Shown in pieces: positions 61,313 to 64,000 of a stretch of 64,000 nucleotides of DNA (positions are counted from its first letter, which is position 1; each line of letters opens with the position of its first letter). The notes under the pieces were generated by a model. The model was given only the letters and a program-made list of their open reading frames with translations, made no database searches and had not been told where the DNA came from. The translations under genes and the position numbers were made by a program. The stretch comes from Clostridia bacterium (GTDB taxonomy: Bacteria; Bacillota; Clostridia; Christensenellales; Pumilibacteraceae): assembly GCA_017623435.1 (NCBI GenBank), contig JAGAPD010000033.1:26587-90586 (forward strand). The letters are read 5' to 3'.

Positions 61313-62698
61313 ATGCTTAAACTTTACAATACTCTTTCCCGTGAAAAAGAAGACTTTCAGCCCGTGGGCAAGGTCGTAACTATGTATTCGTGCGGTCCTA
61401 CCGTTTACAACTACGCGCATATCGGTAACTTGCGCACCTACGTATTTATGGACCTCGTGCGCAGAGTTTTGCGCTACGACGGATACAAGCTTAAGGGCGT
61501 TATGAACATTACCGACGTAGGTCACCTACTCTCTGACGGTGACGACGGCGAGGATAAAATGGCTATCGCCGCTAAAAAACAGCAAAAATCCCCTTACGAG
61601 ATTGCGGAGTACTACACTTCCGTTTTCTTTAAGGATATCGAGGCGCTTAATATCGGCAAGCCCGAAATTATCGCGAAGGCTACCGACCACATCAACGAGA
61701 TGATCGCTTACGTTGAAGCGCTCGTAGAAAAGGGCTACGGCTACGAAACGAGCGACGGCATTTACTTTGATATCGGCAAGTTTGAGGGGTACGGAAAGCT
61801 TTCGCGCCTTAACCTTGACGATCAGATCGCAGGCGCGCGCGTGGAAGTAAACAGCGAAAAGCGTCATCCTGCCGACTTTGCTTTGTGGAAAAAAGCGCCC
61901 AAGGAGCACATTATGCAATGGCCTTCTCCGTGGGGTATGGGTTATCCCGGCTGGCATATTGAATGCTCGACGATGAGCAGAAAGTATCTTGGCTCGCTTA
62001 TCGACATTCACTCGGGTGGCGTGGACCATATTCCCGTGCACCACGAAAACGAGATTGCTCAGTCAGAGGCGCTTGAGGGAAGTAAGACGGTTAACACCTG
62101 GATGCACGGCGAATTTATGCTCGTAGACGGGGGCAAGATGAGTAAGTCGCTTGGAAACACTTACACCATTGCCCAGCTTGAGGAAATGGGATACTCTCCC
62201 CTCGCTTTCAGATATTTCTGCCTTAACACGCACTACCGCAAAAAGCTCAACTTCACCTTTGAAGGACTCAAAGCGGCGCAAGTAGCGTACACGAGAATGC
62301 TTAACGCGCTTTACGAGCACAAGATTTCCACGGCAGCAACTGCTCCTGAAATTCTTGACAAGTACCGCAAGGATTTTACGGACGCGGTAAACGACGATAT
62401 CAATATTCCACTCTCGCTTGGCGTTATCTGGACGATGCTCAAAGAGAATCCGTCCAAGGATATTTACGCGCTCGCGCTTGAATTCGATAAAGTTTTGGGA
62501 CTTTCGCTCAACAAGGCAAAGCCTGCTGAAAAGGAAAAGATTGAAGTGCCCGACGATATCAAGGCGATTGCGGACGAAAGATGGCAAGCAAGACTGGCTA
62601 AAAACTGGGCGGAAAGCGACAGACTACGCGATATCCTCGCTGAAAAAGGCTATCTCGTAAAGGACTCGAAAGAAGGCTATTCGCTTGAAAAGAAGTAA
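61313..62698 (+). CDS. cysS: Cysteine--tRNA ligase
   Basis: 461 aa with MYSCGPTVYNYAHIGNLRTY (HIGH-type) and KMSKSLGN (KMSKS). Confidence 0.95.
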   Translation: MLKLYNTLSREKEDFQPVGKVVTMYSCGPTVYNYAHIGNLRTYVFMDLVRRVLRYDGYKLKGVMNITDVGHLLSDGDDGEDKMAIAAKKQQKSPYEIAEYYTSVFFKDIEALNIGKPEIIAKATDHINEMIAYVEALVEKGYGYETSDGIYFDIGKFEGYGKLSRLNLDDQIAGARVEVNSEKRHPADFALWKKAPKEHIMQWPSPWGMGYPGWHIECSTMSRKYLGSLIDIHSGGVDHIPVHHENEIAQSEALEGSKTVNTWMHGEFMLVDGGKMSKSLGNTYTIAQLEEMGYSPLAFRYFCLNTHYRKKLNFTFEGLKAAQVAYTRMLNALYEHKISTAATAPEILDKYRKDFTDAVNDDINIPLSLGVIWTMLKENPSKDIYALALEFDKVLGLSLNKAKPAEKEKIEVPDDIKAIADERWQARLAKNWAESDRLRDILAEKGYLVKDSKEGYSLEKK

Positions 62699-62706
62699 AA
62701 ACAAAG

Positions 62707-62745
62707 GGGTACGTGGTTGAGCGTTTCAATTCCGTACCCTTTTTT
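62707..62745 (+). terminator. cysS terminator (GGGTACG-N19-CGTACCC then T6)
   Basis: 7-bp stem with a 19-nt loop and a T-run. The ORF-track start at 62713 reads through it. Confidence 0.6.
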
Positions 62746-62760
62746 CAAAGGAAAATTATT

Positions 62761-63447
62761 ATGCTTAAAAATCAAATTAAAGCGGTATTTTTTGATCTGG
62801 ACGACACGCTACTCGACTTTAACCTTTGCGCGCGCGAGGCTATAATTGATTCGTGCAAGGATATGGGCATACCGTTTAGCGAAAAGCTGTACGAAAATTT
62901 TACGCGCATAAATCCGGCATTATGGAAAATGGTAGAAACGGGCGTTATTACGAGAGCAACGCTCCACAAACTTCGCTTTTTGTCCATTTTAAGCGAGACG
63001 GGTATTGACGCGGACGATCAGGAATTAGAACGACTACTGAAAGTTCATATCAAAAAGTGCGCGGTGCGTCTTCCGTACGCTGAGGAAATACTAAAATATC
63101 TTCACGGAAAGTACGAGCTTTACGTCACGAGCAACGCCTCGCAAGAGCAACAAATAATGAGGCTGGAAAAGGCAGGACTTCTCCCCTATTTGACGGACGT
63201 GTTCACTTCGGGGCGCATAGGCGTGGAAAAGCCCAAGCGTGAGTTTTTCGAGGGCGTGTTTAAGTTACTTCCGCACCTTTCGCCCGAGCAAACGATTATC
63301 GTGGGCGATTCACTTCGCGCGGATATCGTAGGCGGAAAATCGTACGGAATAAAAACTTGTTGGCTGGATAGATTCGGAAACGACTTCCCCGGCGTTACTC
63401 CCGATTACACGATCACTAACTTAAAAGAATTAGAAAATTTATTGTAA
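62761..63447 (+). CDS. HAD-superfamily hydrolase (YjjG-like subfamily IA)
   Basis: MLKNQIKAVFFDLDDTLLDF (DxDxT motif), TSNAS and IIVGDSLRADIVGG. The start is moved to ATG 62761, downstream of the cysS terminator. Confidence 0.8.
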   Translation: MLKNQIKAVFFDLDDTLLDFNLCAREAIIDSCKDMGIPFSEKLYENFTRINPALWKMVETGVITRATLHKLRFLSILSETGIDADDQELERLLKVHIKKCAVRLPYAEEILKYLHGKYELYVTSNASQEQQIMRLEKAGLLPYLTDVFTSGRIGVEKPKREFFEGVFKLLPHLSPEQTIIVGDSLRADIVGGKSYGIKTCWLDRFGNDFPGVTPDYTITNLKELENLL

Positions 63448-63645
63448 AAAGAGATTTGAGCCGAAAATCAACGAGATATTACAAGGGCGATTGAGAAATA
63501 GATCGTTGATTAGCGTAGCGATTTGGCAACGAAATCACAAGAAAGACACTTATTCTTTCGAGGGCGCATACTCGGAGAGTCTGTAACCGAGAAAAATAAG
63601 TTGGATTTCGTAGCGATTTTGAGCCAAAAATCAACGAGATATTTC
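63446..63645. repeat. Three diverged ~30-nt direct repeats in a non-coding stretch
   Basis: GAGATTTGAGCCGAAAATCAACGAGATATT (63451..63480), GCGATTTGGCAACGAAATCACAAGAAAGAC (63518..63547) and GCGATTTTGAGCCAAAAATCAACGAGATATTT (63613..63644). Internal inverted repeats are also present (AATCAACGA / TCGTTGATT). Confidence 0.7.
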
Positions 63646-63664
63646 GAAAGAGACCAACTAAAAA

Positions 63665-63686
63665 CCGAGCGGTACGTACCACTCGG
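63665..63686. terminator. Palindromic bidirectional terminator with ACGT apex (CCGAGCGGT-ACGT-ACCACTCGG)
   Basis: Between convergent genes. It is fully paired (G-U) on the minus strand. It differs from the 37866..37887 element only by a compensatory G/C swap in the stem. Confidence 0.8.
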
Positions 63687-63696
63687 TTTTATTTTT

Positions 63697-64000
63697 TTAT
63701 TCGGTTTTAGAGGTTGGCTGTTCTTCGTTTTTGTTTTCTTTTTTCTCGTCCTTTTTCTTGGGTTTTACGGGACGGGTTAAGCACGACCACAGGATAATTA
63801 CTACCTGAACTGGCGCACCTATTACGAAGATTAAGTACAAATTATATTGAAGTAGCGACAAGTAGATTGAGGCAATCAGCGACCAAACGAGCACGGAGAT
63901 AATCAGGTAGTTTAGTTTCTTTCTACCCCAAATGCTGTTAAAGATAAGCAAAAGCACGCACGAGCAGGGAATTGCCCATATAAATAGCGTCCAGTCGTTT
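63697..64000 (-). CDS. Small membrane protein, 5' end beyond window edge
   Basis: The reading frame stays open from the window edge (..NDWTLFIWAIPCSCVLLLIFNSIWG..) through hydrophobic helices to a K/E-rich tail and the stop at 63697. Confidence 0.5.
   Translation of the reverse strand, partial: NDWTLFIWAIPCSCVLLLIFNSIWGRKKLNYLIISVLVWSLIASIYLSLLQYNLYLIFVIGAPVQVVIILWSCLTRPVKPKKKDEKKENKNEEQPTSKTE

Noticed and set aside
63446-63645. Possible degenerate CRISPR array
   Set aside because: There are only three repeats, which differ substantially from each other. Spacing is irregular (about 67 and 95 nt). No cas genes are in the window.
63479-63780. ORFs 63523..63780 (+) and 63479..63682 (-)
   Set aside because: Both cross the repeat region and the terminator hairpin. 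They lack an RBS and have implausible composition.

Overview
Moderate-GC, mostly minus-strand chromosomal segment. It looks like a monoderm Firmicutes/Clostridia-like organism: lipobox lipoproteins, CotF-like spore coat genes, MazEF, a TagF-like enzyme. This taxonomic call is an inference. Left half (1-30.7 kb) is a cell-surface island. It holds two tandem paralogous three-gene operons, each with its own perfect TTGACA-N17-TATAAT promoter. Each operon encodes A (signal-anchored ~1,030-aa multi-Ig protein), B (~655-aa DUF4838-like lipoprotein) and C (long BIG2 + GLUG-type beta-helix-module lipoprotein). Next comes a 13.4-kb gene for a 4,466-aa mosaic lipoprotein with 13 InlB-B-repeat-like modules, a nested duplicated central block and 5 beta-helix modules. 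Its promoter carries a G10 homopolymer inside the -35/-10 spacer, making it a candidate slipped-strand phase-variation switch. A GC-richer, hairpin-dense orphan region with a 20-bp direct repeat lies between the giant gene and the cassettes. Right half is mostly housekeeping: uvrBA, dinB, mazEF, a minimal one-module member of the surface family, a beta-helix protein, a DUF4430 + ECF-S-like pair, nnr and recX. It continues with CotF-like genes, a 7-gene polysaccharide/teichoic-like locus, an IMPase-family gene, a GH-like gene and a SLOG/DUF1273 gene with a structured leader. It ends with a NifU-like + GGGtGRT pair, galE, a PRTase, marR-cysE-cysS, a HAD hydrolase and a partial membrane protein. 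Non-coding signals include many consensus promoters, six palindromic terminators sharing an ACGT tetraloop, and three near-identical copies of a second terminator element. No rRNA, tRNA, CRISPR array, transposase or integrase was recognised. All family assignments come from reading motifs by eye and need HMM or structure confirmation.
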